From positions 7,033 through 71,032 of the forward strand of contig DATFUL010000002.1 of NCBI GenBank assembly GCA_035260845.1: 64,000 bases of DNA. The letters are read 5' to 3'. Position 1 is the first letter of the stretch; each line of letters starts with the position of its first letter. Below, in pieces: positions 1 through 9,306 of the stretch. The notes beneath the pieces were generated by a model. It searched no databases and had not been told where the DNA came from. It saw nothing but the letters and a program-made list of their open reading frames with translations. A program made the position numbers and the translations under genes. The DNA is from Patescibacteria group bacterium. Its GTDB lineage: Bacteria; Patescibacteriota; Microgenomatia; UBA8517.

Positions 1-300
1 CAATCAGCATTTAGTGACAGTTCTCCGGAACAGGCAATTGGCAAATTAATCCAACTTGTTATCTGGCTTCTTATTATTGGTGCATCTGTTTATGCACTGA
101 TTAACTTGGTTTTAGCAGGCTACTCTTTTATGGCTGCCGGGGACGACAGTAAAAAAGTCGCAGGGGCTTGGGCAATGATTTGGCAAACAATGTTGGGTTT
201 AGCAATTTCCGCAGGGGCTTTTGTACTGGCTGCGATTTTTGGACAATTAATTTTTGGGGACCCAACGTTTATACTTAATCCAACCATCCCACCACTTTAA
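1..300 (+). CDS. VirB2/TrbC-like pilin (5'-truncated by window)
   Basis: Frame 1 is open from base 1 (QSAFSDSSPEQAIGKLIQLVIWLLIIGASVYALINLVLAGYSFMAAGDDSKK...). Two hydrophobic helices flank an 'AGDDSKKVAGA' loop like the downstream paralogs. Confidence 0.75.
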   Translation, partial: QSAFSDSSPEQAIGKLIQLVIWLLIIGASVYALINLVLAGYSFMAAGDDSKKVAGAWAMIWQTMLGLAISAGAFVLAAIFGQLIFGDPTFILNPTIPPL

Positions 301-677
301 TGAATAATTTATTGACACAAGCACAGAGCGGTTTACAAATTGCACCAAAGGGTGGTTTTACTGGTTTTGGTCCTTTGGGAACTGCGGGAAGCAATGGCGT
401 AAGTGTATTTAGTAAATTTATTTCCTCTATTGTAGGACTAATGACCATAATTGCCATTATTTGGTTTGTGTTTACTTTTATAGCAGGTGCAATTGGTATA
501 ATTGGCGCTGGAAGCGATAAAAACGCACTAGAGGGTTCAAGAAAAAAGATTGTAAATGGAATAATTGGACTTGTAGTTACGGTTGCCGCAATCTTTATAA
601 TTAACTTAGTCGGCTACCTGCTAGGATTCAAAAATATTTTAGATATCGGAACTTTAATTAATTCTTTAAACAAATGA
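300..677 (+). CDS. VirB2/TrbC-like pilin
   Basis: Two TM helices flanking 'GAGSDKNALEGSRKKIVNGIIGL', the CPR pilin-like motif. Confidence 0.8.
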   Translation: MNNLLTQAQSGLQIAPKGGFTGFGPLGTAGSNGVSVFSKFISSIVGLMTIIAIIWFVFTFIAGAIGIIGAGSDKNALEGSRKKIVNGIIGLVVTVAAIFIINLVGYLLGFKNILDIGTLINSLNK

Positions 678-991
678 TTACAAATCCGGCTTTGGGTAAT
701 ATTGGCAAACAATCTGGTGTAGAGTTTTTTAAGAACTTTATTCCCGGTCTTATTGGGTTGGGTTTTGTAGCTGGAACAATCATATTTTTCTTTATCTTAA
801 TCATCGGAGCAATTCAGTGGATTACGGCCGGAGGGGATAAAGGAGCTTTAGAAGGTGCGCGCGGCAAAATCTCAAGCGCAATTGTTGGAATTATAATACT
901 CTTCTCACTTTTTGCGGTGCTTGATCTTATTCATATATTTTTCAATATTAAAATTATGACACTTGACATAGGCCCATTGGTAATTCGATAA
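674..991 (+). CDS. VirB2/TrbC-like pilin
   Basis: 'GAIQWITAGGDKGALEGARGKISSAIVG' motif between two TM helices; ATGA overlap with upstream gene. Confidence 0.8.
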   Translation: MITNPALGNIGKQSGVEFFKNFIPGLIGLGFVAGTIIFFFILIIGAIQWITAGGDKGALEGARGKISSAIVGIIILFSLFAVLDLIHIFFNIKIMTLDIGPLVIR

Positions 992-998
992 TACATAT

Positions 999-1337
999 AT
1001 GCAAGCTCACCTCGCGCAAATTAATTTACAAAATTTAGGCCAAAACAATCAAAATTTTGGTTCTCTTACAACTCTTACTTTGCCTTCAATAATTTCCGGA
1101 ATGATTAGGGGTGCATTAGTAGTTGCAGCTGTAGTCTTTTTCTTTATTTTAGTTATTGGTGGAATTAAATGGATTGCTTCAGGTGGCGATAAAGGCGCCA
1201 CAGAAGGCGCAAGAAACCAAATAACTGCAGCTTTGGTAGGACTTGTAATAGTCTTTGCGGCTTGGGCTATAGTCCAGCTTATTCAAGTATTCTTTGGAGT
1301 TAATATCTTCAATCTTTCACTTCCGACCGCGGGCTAA
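999..1337 (+). CDS. VirB2/TrbC-like pilin
   Basis: 'GGIKWIASGGDKGATEGARNQITAALVGL' motif. Confidence 0.8.
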   Translation: MQAHLAQINLQNLGQNNQNFGSLTTLTLPSIISGMIRGALVVAAVVFFFILVIGGIKWIASGGDKGATEGARNQITAALVGLVIVFAAWAIVQLIQVFFGVNIFNLSLPTAG

Positions 1338-1386
1338 TAGTTAAATTAGGCTTGCCGAAACCTATTCTCTAGATTAGAATTACTTT

Positions 1387-1674
1387 ATGGCTGCATCACT
1401 ACCTCCACAAATAGCAGATTTAGAAGGAATATTCGGTAATATAGTCCAAGCTATCTTGGGTTTTGCTGGTATTGTTCTTTTTATTTTGATTCTTTCCGGC
1501 GGGATTAAATATTTAACCTCAGGGGGTGACCCAAAAGCTACTGAGGCTGCGCAAAAGACAATCACTTATGCAATTGGTGGACTTGTCTTGATTCTTCTTT
1601 CCTATATGATTCTAGTTTTAATCAAAACAATTACAGGAGTGAACGTTACTGAGTTTAAAGTGACATTACCTTAA
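1387..1674 (+). CDS. VirB2/TrbC-like pilin
   Basis: 'GGIKYLTSGGDPKATEAAQKTITYAIGGL' motif; TAGAAT 6 nt before ATG. Confidence 0.8.
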   Translation: MAASLPPQIADLEGIFGNIVQAILGFAGIVLFILILSGGIKYLTSGGDPKATEAAQKTITYAIGGLVLILLSYMILVLIKTITGVNVTEFKVTLP

Positions 1675-2358
1675 TTTTAAGTTATTTCTTACCCGTGCTT
1701 TTTCAATTTGATAAAATTTCTGTTCTTTATTCATTTTCTTTTCCAGAGATTCAATTAGTTTTCTAATATTCTAATCAGTTTTGTTTATAAGCTCAATGAG
1801 TATTTCGTAAGTCAGGTCTTCAGTTTTAATTGAATCTACGGGATTGTAGAGGAATTTAAATGGCTGACTAGATTCCTTTAAATTCCTGTAATTTCCCCTA
1901 AAGTCATCCGGCCTCGAAATCACAGACTTTTTTAAAGCCTCATGCCATTTAACTAAATCAATTTCTAAATCTTTTAAATTGGATCCTGGAATCGATTTTA
2001 AAAACTCATCCTGATAAGACCTTTGAATATCTCCTTTAACTTCTACCAAGCTTGCCCGAGAATAACCCAAAAAATTAATATATTCGGAGGTTGTCTGCCT
2101 TGCAAAACCCTCTTCGATGTTTGCTACGGTTGAGCGTGCAGCATCATCTAGTTGAGCCTTTAATCTGTATTCAAGTTTAGGTAGAGTGTTTGTATATTCT
2201 CGGATTAAAACTCTAAGAAGGCTTGCATTTGACCAGGCAACTAAGAAAATGTAACCGTTTGGAGTATTAGAGACTCGAGAACGCTCAATTGGTTTTGAAG
2301 TTTGGGAAAGTTCGCGTAAAGTTTTGTCGATAAGATCCTGAACGACTTTGTTGGGCAT
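1666..2358 (-). pseudogene. Four-helix-bundle protein (23S rRNA IVP / bAvd-like family) with in-frame TAG at 1773-1771; nonsense allele, readthrough or assembly error
   Basis: Family motif 'EYRLKAQLDDAARSTVANIEEGFARQTTSEYINFLGYSRASLVEV'. After the TAG the same frame continues 34 codons (NIRKLIESLEKKMNKEQKFYQIEKARVRNNLKLR) to TAA at 1668-1666. Confidence 0.65.
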
Positions 2359-2412
2359 AATTTAGTCTAAAGTATTTCTAGGGGAGATTAAAGGATCCTA
2401 AAGGAATTTAAG
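1871..2412. repeat. Decameric tandem repeats in inverted orientation: 1871-1902 (inside gene) and 2378-2412 (upstream of gene)
   Basis: Reverse complement of 1872-1901 (TTAGGGGAAATTACAGGAATTTAAAGGAAT) matches 2378-2407 (CTAGGGGAGATTAAAGGATCCTAAAGGAAT) at 24/30. Confidence 0.7.
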
Positions 2413-2434
2413 TTTGATGCGCTATAATAAGTTC

Positions 2435-5140
2435 ATGCAAAAGCTGTCCAAATTTGTTTATTTTGTTTTTTTTCTTCTCACTTTTGTGTTCTGCTTTTTA
2501 TACCCTGTATTACAACCGGGGGTTGTAAACGCGCAGATTCCTAAATTAAGACTTCCTTGTACAGATGATGGGAAAAATCCTGAATTTAACTCTTTAAGAC
2601 CTTACCAAGCCGCCCCCTGCGGAGACGCAGGTAAAGCTCTTTATTGCAGCAATGATTTAATTTTTACAGAGGATTTTGATTTTGCCGGACAATGTGGTGG
2701 ACAAGCACCTGCTGGAACAGGAAATTTTACTTGTAAATTAAATGGCGGTCTAGGTTCAGGTCTCATTCCTGCACATACTCTTTATGTAACACTCGACAAT
2801 TCACAGTTCCCTATTGAGGGCAACACAGAACAAGTTAAAAATAGCCAAAACAGTAGCGATTCACTTGACGACGCAACTAAAGTTAATGAATACGTTAGCT
2901 GGTATTTAAGTGGCGTTACAGGCCATGCAGAAAATGGGGCTTCAACTAATGATCAAGTCGTAAACTATTCCGGTCCACTTAAAAAGCTTTTACCGGGTGC
3001 TATTCAAGACAATGCCCGCATCCAATCAATTAATAAGGCAACCAATCTTGTAAGATATCCTGAAGAAAGTGACACCCAGGGCCAGGCAGATGCGATAGTT
3101 ACGGGTCCGGAAACGCATAACCAAATTGTAGTTTGTGCCAATAAACAAATATTAGGGATCAATAATCCTTATATTGGTAGCACTCATCCATATCCTTGTT
3201 ATAAAGGTGATGGATCAGCCGCTGCACCGGAAAATGAAATCTATAGACTCAAAACATGGGATAAAGGAACGCTTTCTTTTGCCCGCACAACATCAGAGAT
3301 ATTAAAGGATTTTCTTCGCCTCTATCCCGGTATTACTCAAACAGTAATTGATAATTTGTTTAGTGGGCAAGCTTGGAACAAAAAGACACCTCCGCTTCCT
3401 TGGGACGATGTTGGGGATGGAACCGGCAAACCCTTCGCTTCCTCAAATTTATACTTAAAAGCCTACAACGAGTGGAGGGGTAAAAGCTGCATAATTGTTC
3501 CCTATTTAAACGTTCCTCTTTGTTTTGATAATCCTGGAGTCACCAATGAATATGCCGACCTTTTTTCATATGTTCCACTTGCAGTTACTCCTGATAAAAA
3601 AGGTGCTGAATATGTCGCGGATGTCCAAATAAAACCATCGCAAGGAACTGAATTGTCATCAAAAACTTACGACCCTGCCAGAAATGCTCCTTTATATTTC
3701 GCCCATACACAAGAAACATCAGATTCCTCTAATTTGCTTAATACAACCTATACTCCTAAAGGTTATAAAAGTCAGCCCGTCCCCGCAACAACAGAAAAAA
3801 ATGAATGTAGTATTGTAAACGTTAGAACTAACGCCGGGGACAATTTATTCCCAGGCGACCCTGACGAAATCCAAGTCCCGGGTGTTACTTACACAATAAG
3901 TTCTGTTGAATGCAAGCAAACAGTTAAAGAAAGTCTTTGTATAAAAAATCACAATAACCCAGAATATGACGGAAAAACTATGTGTATACAAAAAACCTTA
4001 GAGTGCAACGCAGAAGTCATAATAACACTTATTACAAATACCAAAACCCCTTCTGCAAATGAACTTTTTAGTTCAACGGTAGCCGATTCTGGTTCCACTT
4101 TTAGGAAAATTTATCCAAAGGTTGGAGAAGGATCCCCAATAAGCTGCATTGCTGATATTCCAACAGTAACCGACGTGACTTATGACTCTAGTAAAAGTCA
4201 GCCACCATTAGGCGGAGATCAAACATTTAAAGTGAGGAATAATCCCAAAGACGGAGCTTCTGGTAGTAATCAACTCACTTTCCCCCATATAGGAAGTGTT
4301 TATGAGTACTTCTTAAAAGGAATTCAGGCTGCGCTAAGACCAAAAGGTTATAGTGATCCGATCGTTGACGGCCAACTTTGTTATACCAATATGTGTACTC
4401 CTGTATCGGGCTTGCCAAAAGCCTCTGGGTCCTGTGCCCTAGGGGGGTCACTAAACCGGATTGGTGTAGTTGCTCCATCATTAAAGGCGGTCGTTGAAGC
4501 CGCTGCTCAAACATACAAAGTGCCACCAGGTCTTATTTTGGGAGTAATGTATGGGGAGGGTGTGTTTAATACAAATTTCTACAAAAATGAGGCCAATGTA
4601 AAAGATTTTGCGTCCTGTAGACCGCTTCCGAACTGTAATGCAAACGCGAGTGAAATTAAAAGTATTGTTCCTTTTATTAAGCCTTATTGGGACAATTTGG
4701 CAAAAGAAATTTTACCGGACTTAAAGAAAATTGATCCCAAAAAAACAAAGGCAGACCCATGTAATTTGTTGGACGCTACTTTTGGCTTGGCGAAAGATTT
4801 GCACGATAATGCAGGTGGGTCAGCATCAATAACAGGAAACTCTTGCTACGGAATCCCTATGACTTCCACAAACCCCGGTTCTTGTTCATGGGACAATAGT
4901 CAATACGAAACAGCAATTAGAGTTTGGGAAATAGGAACCGAGTACGATGTTGCCTCACAAAAAACATGTCTTACAACTCCAGGGACTTGTGAATCAGGGA
5001 TTGCGTCGGGAAGCGACTATACAAGCTCGCTTTGTCCAGGTGGAGATAACTGTGAAACGTTGGGGAGCTCTGGAAACACTAGTCACAATGCCTGTGTATT
5101 TGATGTATCTACAAGTGGTGGATCGGGAAATAAAAAGTAA
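2435..5140 (+). CDS. Large exported Cys-rich protein with C-terminal lysozyme/lytic-transglycosylase-like domain
   Basis: N-terminal signal/TM, many Cys; 'SLKAVVEAAAQTYKVPPGLILGVMYGEG' resembles the SLT N-terminal helix with catalytic Glu. Start moved to ATG 2435 (TATAAT 6 nt upstream). Confidence 0.6.
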   Translation: MQKLSKFVYFVFFLLTFVFCFLYPVLQPGVVNAQIPKLRLPCTDDGKNPEFNSLRPYQAAPCGDAGKALYCSNDLIFTEDFDFAGQCGGQAPAGTGNFTCKLNGGLGSGLIPAHTLYVTLDNSQFPIEGNTEQVKNSQNSSDSLDDATKVNEYVSWYLSGVTGHAENGASTNDQVVNYSGPLKKLLPGAIQDNARIQSINKATNLVRYPEESDTQGQADAIVTGPETHNQIVVCANKQILGINNPYIGSTHPYPCYKGDGSAAAPENEIYRLKTWDKGTLSFARTTSEILKDFLRLYPGITQTVIDNLFSGQAWNKKTPPLPWDDVGDGTGKPFASSNLYLKAYNEWRGKSCIIVPYLNVPLCFDNPGVTNEYADLFSYVPLAVTPDKKGAEYVADVQIKPSQGTELSSKTYDPARNAPLYFAHTQETSDSSNLLNTTYTPKGYKSQPVPATTEKNECSIVNVRTNAGDNLFPGDPDEIQVPGVTYTISSVECKQTVKESLCIKNHNNPEYDGKTMCIQKTLECNAEVIITLITNTKTPSANELFSSTVADSGSTFRKIYPKVGEGSPISCIADIPTVTDVTYDSSKSQPPLGGDQTFKVRNNPKDGASGSNQLTFPHIGSVYEYFLKGIQAALRPKGYSDPIVDGQLCYTNMCTPVSGLPKASGSCALGGSLNRIGVVAPSLKAVVEAAAQTYKVPPGLILGVMYGEGVFNTNFYKNEANVKDFASCRPLPNCNANASEIKSIVPFIKPYWDNLAKEILPDLKKIDPKKTKADPCNLLDATFGLAKDLHDNAGGSASITGNSCYGIPMTSTNPGSCSWDNSQYETAIRVWEIGTEYDVASQKTCLTTPGTCESGIASGSDYTSSLCPGGDNCETLGSSGNTSHNACVFDVSTSGGSGNKK

Positions 5141-5182
5141 AACCCCTTTGATTTTTTACCTCAACCCGCTAGAATAAACTTA

Positions 5183-6655
5183 ATGCCTGACGTGTTTAAA
5201 AAATTTCTGTTTTCATTTTTGGCTTTTTTAGTTGTTTTTACTTCTATTACTCCGAACTTTTTATCTGTTAAGGCTGCTAGTAATTCAGCAACGGATTCAG
5301 CTACCTCTACTGCAACTTGGTATAGCCCTGGTCTTTTTGAATTTTACAGTAAAGTATTTGACACAAGTAATAACGATATTTTTGGTGAAAGGTACACTTA
5401 TGCCCAAGTGGTTTGGATTATAGAATCACTTCCCCTTGCAATTTTAGGAATTAGCGCCAGCACTTTTCATGACATACTTCAACAGGTCCAATCAAACCCG
5501 AATGGTACAAGCGTTCTTTTAGACCAAGGTAATAGCCTTGCAAAAATCAATGATCCGTTTACTACAATAATTAGCCAATTTTATTCATCTCCACCTGCTT
5601 CTGGTAGATATTGGCTATCACAAAAAATAAATAACTTTAGTTTGGTTAAAAAAGCTTATGCAGCACCAGCCAACAGCTTTGGCTATTCATCCCTTTTAAT
5701 ATTTGAACCTCTTTGGAGTGCTTCACGCAATATTGCTTACACGTTAATAGTTTTAATTTTATTGGCAATTGCTTTCGCTGTAATGTTTAGGTTAAAAATT
5801 AGTCCCCAGGTGATTGTTACTGTCCAAAGTGCACTTCCAAAAATTGCAACTACGCTTATTTTAGTTACTTTCTCTTATGCGATTGTAGGATTTTTAATTG
5901 ATTTAATGTATTTAATTTTTGGAGCAATAGTCTACGGGATTGGGAACCAATCAGGTGTGTTGGCATCGGGTGTAAGTGCTCCAGATTTATTGAATAATTT
6001 TCTTAACGGAAACTTATTTACAAAAATATTTACGACAGCCGGTACCGGCGGAACTGTTGGAATTGTAGGAGTTGTTGTTGGGCTGATTGCTTTGGTTTTT
6101 ACACCAATAGGGCCGGCTATTATTCCTCTTGTTATAGGTATACTAATTGCTGGAATAATATTTTTTATAAAAACCTTTATTATGCTTGCTCAAACCTACC
6201 TGTCCCTTATTATGAACTTGGTGTTTGGGCCAATAATAATTTTGGCCGAAGCTATTCCATTTATTAAAGCATCGGCTGTGGACTGGATGAGATCGGTTAT
6301 TGCAGATATTTTAGTATTTCTTGCAGTAGGATTACTGTTCTTGGCCGAATCATTGATCAATGGAGCTTTAAGTACGACTGCAAGCACTCCACCCTGGAGC
6401 CCACCCTATTTGGGATTCAATGCCAATATTTTTAAGATAATGATTTGGGTTGGTGTTTGGTCAATCCTACCTAACATCAGATCTATTGTTTACAAAATGA
6501 TGGAGCGGTCAGCTGCAGAGATTCAGTTGCCAAGAGAATTTAGTAATCTGGGTGAAACCTTCCAACGTGGCCTTGGTGAATACACTGGAAATACACAGTT
6601 TAGAGATTCATTTAATAGATGGTTGTCAGGATTAAGAGGTCGTACAGGAACCTAA
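5183..6655 (+). CDS. Multi-pass membrane protein, VirB6/TrbL-like
   Basis: Signal peptide plus several TM helices; 'SRNIAYTL...VTVQSALPKIATTLILVTFSYAIVGFLIDL' is typical of CPR T4SS-locus membrane proteins; locus context. Confidence 0.6.
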   Translation: MPDVFKKFLFSFLAFLVVFTSITPNFLSVKAASNSATDSATSTATWYSPGLFEFYSKVFDTSNNDIFGERYTYAQVVWIIESLPLAILGISASTFHDILQQVQSNPNGTSVLLDQGNSLAKINDPFTTIISQFYSSPPASGRYWLSQKINNFSLVKKAYAAPANSFGYSSLLIFEPLWSASRNIAYTLIVLILLAIAFAVMFRLKISPQVIVTVQSALPKIATTLILVTFSYAIVGFLIDLMYLIFGAIVYGIGNQSGVLASGVSAPDLLNNFLNGNLFTKIFTTAGTGGTVGIVGVVVGLIALVFTPIGPAIIPLVIGILIAGIIFFIKTFIMLAQTYLSLIMNLVFGPIIILAEAIPFIKASAVDWMRSVIADILVFLAVGLLFLAESLINGALSTTASTPPWSPPYLGFNANIFKIMIWVGVWSILPNIRSIVYKMMERSAAEIQLPREFSNLGETFQRGLGEYTGNTQFRDSFNRWLSGLRGRTGT

Positions 6656-6692
6656 ATATTATTTGATATATTCTCTAGTTGAAGATTAAAGT

Positions 6693-9059
6693 TTACTTCT
6701 TCTTACCTATAAAGATCCCCACTTGTTTAGTTAGTCTTTTTTCTGCATCAGCTATAACTTCTCCATTTTTCGCAAGTGGCTTTGTAGTTCTAAATTTCTT
6801 GTTTTCGTCCTCAAAATTCTTGATTACTTCTTCCTCAGTTTTAGGATTGCCATCCGATACTGCTTGTATATTTATTTCAGCAATTCTTGCAGCCGATACA
6901 TCCTCTAGATTGTTTTGGCCAAGATCTGGGTTAAACAATTTAACCACACTATTCAAAACATTGGTTGCAAAAGAGGCACTTTTAATCCTAGCCGCGTTCA
7001 TGTTGTCAAAGACATTTTTAACAACAATTTTATCTTTATCATCACTTATGTCGTATTTGTGCATGGACCCTTTGGTAAGTGTCAAAACATTGTAAACAAT
7101 ATTAAAGTATTTCCACATCTTCTTGAGTCCATTCAATGAGAAATCTTCTAATCTAAAATCAACCTTTATTAAAGCGTCTAGAACACCCCTTTCGTCTCTT
7201 CCAGAAAGCCATTGAATTAGGTCAAAGTTGCCATGAAAATCCCTTTGAAGAGACTCAAAGTTTAAATCTCCCAATCTGTTATACGGTTCTTCTGGAATTT
7301 CTATATTCGTAGGCTCCCCAGTTAAGAGATTTGTTCTAACTCCAGCCGCTGTTCCAAGCCAGGCATCAAAAAGAGATCTTGTTCTTATTTTATCATTACC
7401 CTCACTATCTTTGTCCATTATCTCTTTTCCATCTTCATTAAGCATAGCCACTTGGGAAAAGTCCATAAGGCTTGTAGCCATATCGGGAATTCTACCAATT
7501 AGATCCTTTAGGCCGGAAGGCCTACCGGCAAGGCCCTCTTTAAGGTTCCATAGGTAAACAAGAAACTTTCCAAGATCGTCTGAGGATATAAACTGTCCTT
7601 CCCCAAGTGCCAAAGCAAACTCTCCGTTTTCAAAATACACATAACCTTCAGAGGAGTAAACTCCAGCAGCTCTTAAAAAGGTAGCCGCCAACCATGAAGC
7701 CTCATCAATACTTTCGACTTTTCCTTTACGGTCGATTTTACCTGTACCAACAAGCTCACCTATATACTTTATAAACCCATTTTCCTTCTTAAGGTTCAGT
7801 TTCCCCCTGCCTGCAATATTTCCAAGCTCTGTTACTGGACCTCTTAATTTTTGTATTTTTTCAACTCCATTCTTGATAACTTTATTGGGAGTTTCTACAT
7901 ACTCAACAATTTTTCCCTTTTCATCTTTTCTCGGAACAAAACGTATACCCCGGTTCTCTTGATCTAATGTTTCTGTTATGATCACTTTACCCGTCTTTTC
8001 ATTCTTAACTGGTTTTAGAGTTCTATCAATAGATTTGGTCCATTTTTTCCAATCGCCCAATTGTTCTTTAAGAAATTCCCAAGCTTCATCATATTTCAAA
8101 CCCCTTCTCTCCATTAAGCGTTTAATCATTAATCCCTCTGTTGCCGGTTTATTGATAAATGCCTGCATTTGTTCAGGTGTCTCACTATTAAGCATGGCCA
8201 GATTCCACCATATTGCTTCTTCTATTTGATCACCAAGTTCGTGTAAACGCTTACCTTCTTTGTTGTGTATTGCCTTTTCACGCACAAGTTCTTTTTCGGA
8301 GGGTAAATTTAAAAATTCCTCAATATGTTCGACTCTAAGTTTAGAGGCACCAAGGTGATTTGATTCGGTAAGCCCATTTAAATCATCCCTAAAACGAAGT
8401 CTAATTCCTATTCTCGAATCCAAAATTATCCTAGATTCAAATTCCAATATACCTCTTTCGTAAGCGTTGGCCAATTCTGTTCTATCTTCATCAGTTCCAT
8501 AATTGTATTCAGTTTTATATCCAACCACCTGGCCATTCATCCGAATATCCTTCTGATCAACCGATAGGGCTGTGGATCCAAATTTAGCTTTTCTGGGCTC
8601 TCCAATACCAGTATTTGGATCATAAGATTCAAGCCAACCCCTTTCTTTTAGATCTTCAATTGTCATATTTAAAACTTCAGCTCTATCAATCATTACATCC
8701 AGAACTCTTGTGGGTGTGTAATGGTCAGCCAACTCGCGGGGAATCGTTCCACTCTCAATCCTAGCTTCAAACTTTCTTAAACCGTAGTAAAACTCAGATG
8801 GATATTCAGCATTTGTAATCATTTCCATCCTAAGAGACTCACCACCTCTATACTGCCTACTGTTTGCTTCTTCTAATTGTGGGTCGCCCTCGGGTTCCTT
8901 CTTTTTCCCGGCTGGGTTTGCCATAAATTCTTTAGCTCCAAGCAAATCATTATTCTGTTGTCCTTGTCTTTCGTAATGCCGAGGTTGACTACCCTTGTCT
9001 ATTCCAAAACTGGGATCTTGAGGAGTACCAAATTCATTATTAAAAGGATTATCCGCCAT
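6693..9059 (-). CDS. Large charged hypothetical protein (~788 aa)
   Basis: Long ORF with no TM. Likely start ATG 9059 (MADNPF...), preceded by TGTGcTACAAT 6 nt upstream. Confidence 0.8.
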   Translation of the reverse strand: MADNPFNNEFGTPQDPSFGIDKGSQPRHYERQGQQNNDLLGAKEFMANPAGKKKEPEGDPQLEEANSRQYRGGESLRMEMITNAEYPSEFYYGLRKFEARIESGTIPRELADHYTPTRVLDVMIDRAEVLNMTIEDLKERGWLESYDPNTGIGEPRKAKFGSTALSVDQKDIRMNGQVVGYKTEYNYGTDEDRTELANAYERGILEFESRIILDSRIGIRLRFRDDLNGLTESNHLGASKLRVEHIEEFLNLPSEKELVREKAIHNKEGKRLHELGDQIEEAIWWNLAMLNSETPEQMQAFINKPATEGLMIKRLMERRGLKYDEAWEFLKEQLGDWKKWTKSIDRTLKPVKNEKTGKVIITETLDQENRGIRFVPRKDEKGKIVEYVETPNKVIKNGVEKIQKLRGPVTELGNIAGRGKLNLKKENGFIKYIGELVGTGKIDRKGKVESIDEASWLAATFLRAAGVYSSEGYVYFENGEFALALGEGQFISSDDLGKFLVYLWNLKEGLAGRPSGLKDLIGRIPDMATSLMDFSQVAMLNEDGKEIMDKDSEGNDKIRTRSLFDAWLGTAAGVRTNLLTGEPTNIEIPEEPYNRLGDLNFESLQRDFHGNFDLIQWLSGRDERGVLDALIKVDFRLEDFSLNGLKKMWKYFNIVYNVLTLTKGSMHKYDISDDKDKIVVKNVFDNMNAARIKSASFATNVLNSVVKLFNPDLGQNNLEDVSAARIAEINIQAVSDGNPKTEEEVIKNFEDENKKFRTTKPLAKNGEVIADAEKRLTKQVGIFIGKKK

Positions 9060-9084
9060 ACAAAAATTGTAGCACAAAATAGAC

Positions 9085-9306
9085 ATGGAGAGTATTGAGT
9101 GGGTTGTGCATAAAAACTTGACTATGGGCCGAAAAAGTCCTACACTCGCGAGCAAGATGGGAAAAGAAAATCCAAAAGGCCTCTTTCGCAAACTCCTTGC
9201 TGCTTCCAACTCTGAAAAAGCGAAGAGTGAGGCTCTAGCTTTAGACGAATTAAAAAAAGAGATCTCGAAGATAAACGCCTCATATCAGAGTTTGACAATC
9301 GAATAG
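9085..9306 (+). CDS. Small hypothetical protein
   Basis: 73-aa ORF divergent from the 9059 gene; stop overlaps the next start. Confidence 0.45.
   Translation: MESIEWVVHKNLTMGRKSPTLASKMGKENPKGLFRKLLAASNSEKAKSEALALDELKKEISKINASYQSLTIE

Noticed and set aside
1771-1773. Alternative genetic code (TAG or TGA recoding)
   Set aside because: Genes end normally at TAG (valS) and TGA (rpmH, dnaA, rnhA), and long ORFs are intact under code 11
1771-2358. Diversity-generating retroelement (Avd-like gene)
   Set aside because: No reverse transcriptase and no TR/VR pair with adenine-specific mismatches seen in the window
9060-9209. N-terminal extension of the 838-aa ORF; also the 9140-9496 minus ORF
   Set aside because: They overlap plus-strand ORFs; a -10 element 6 nt before ATG 9059 marks a better start
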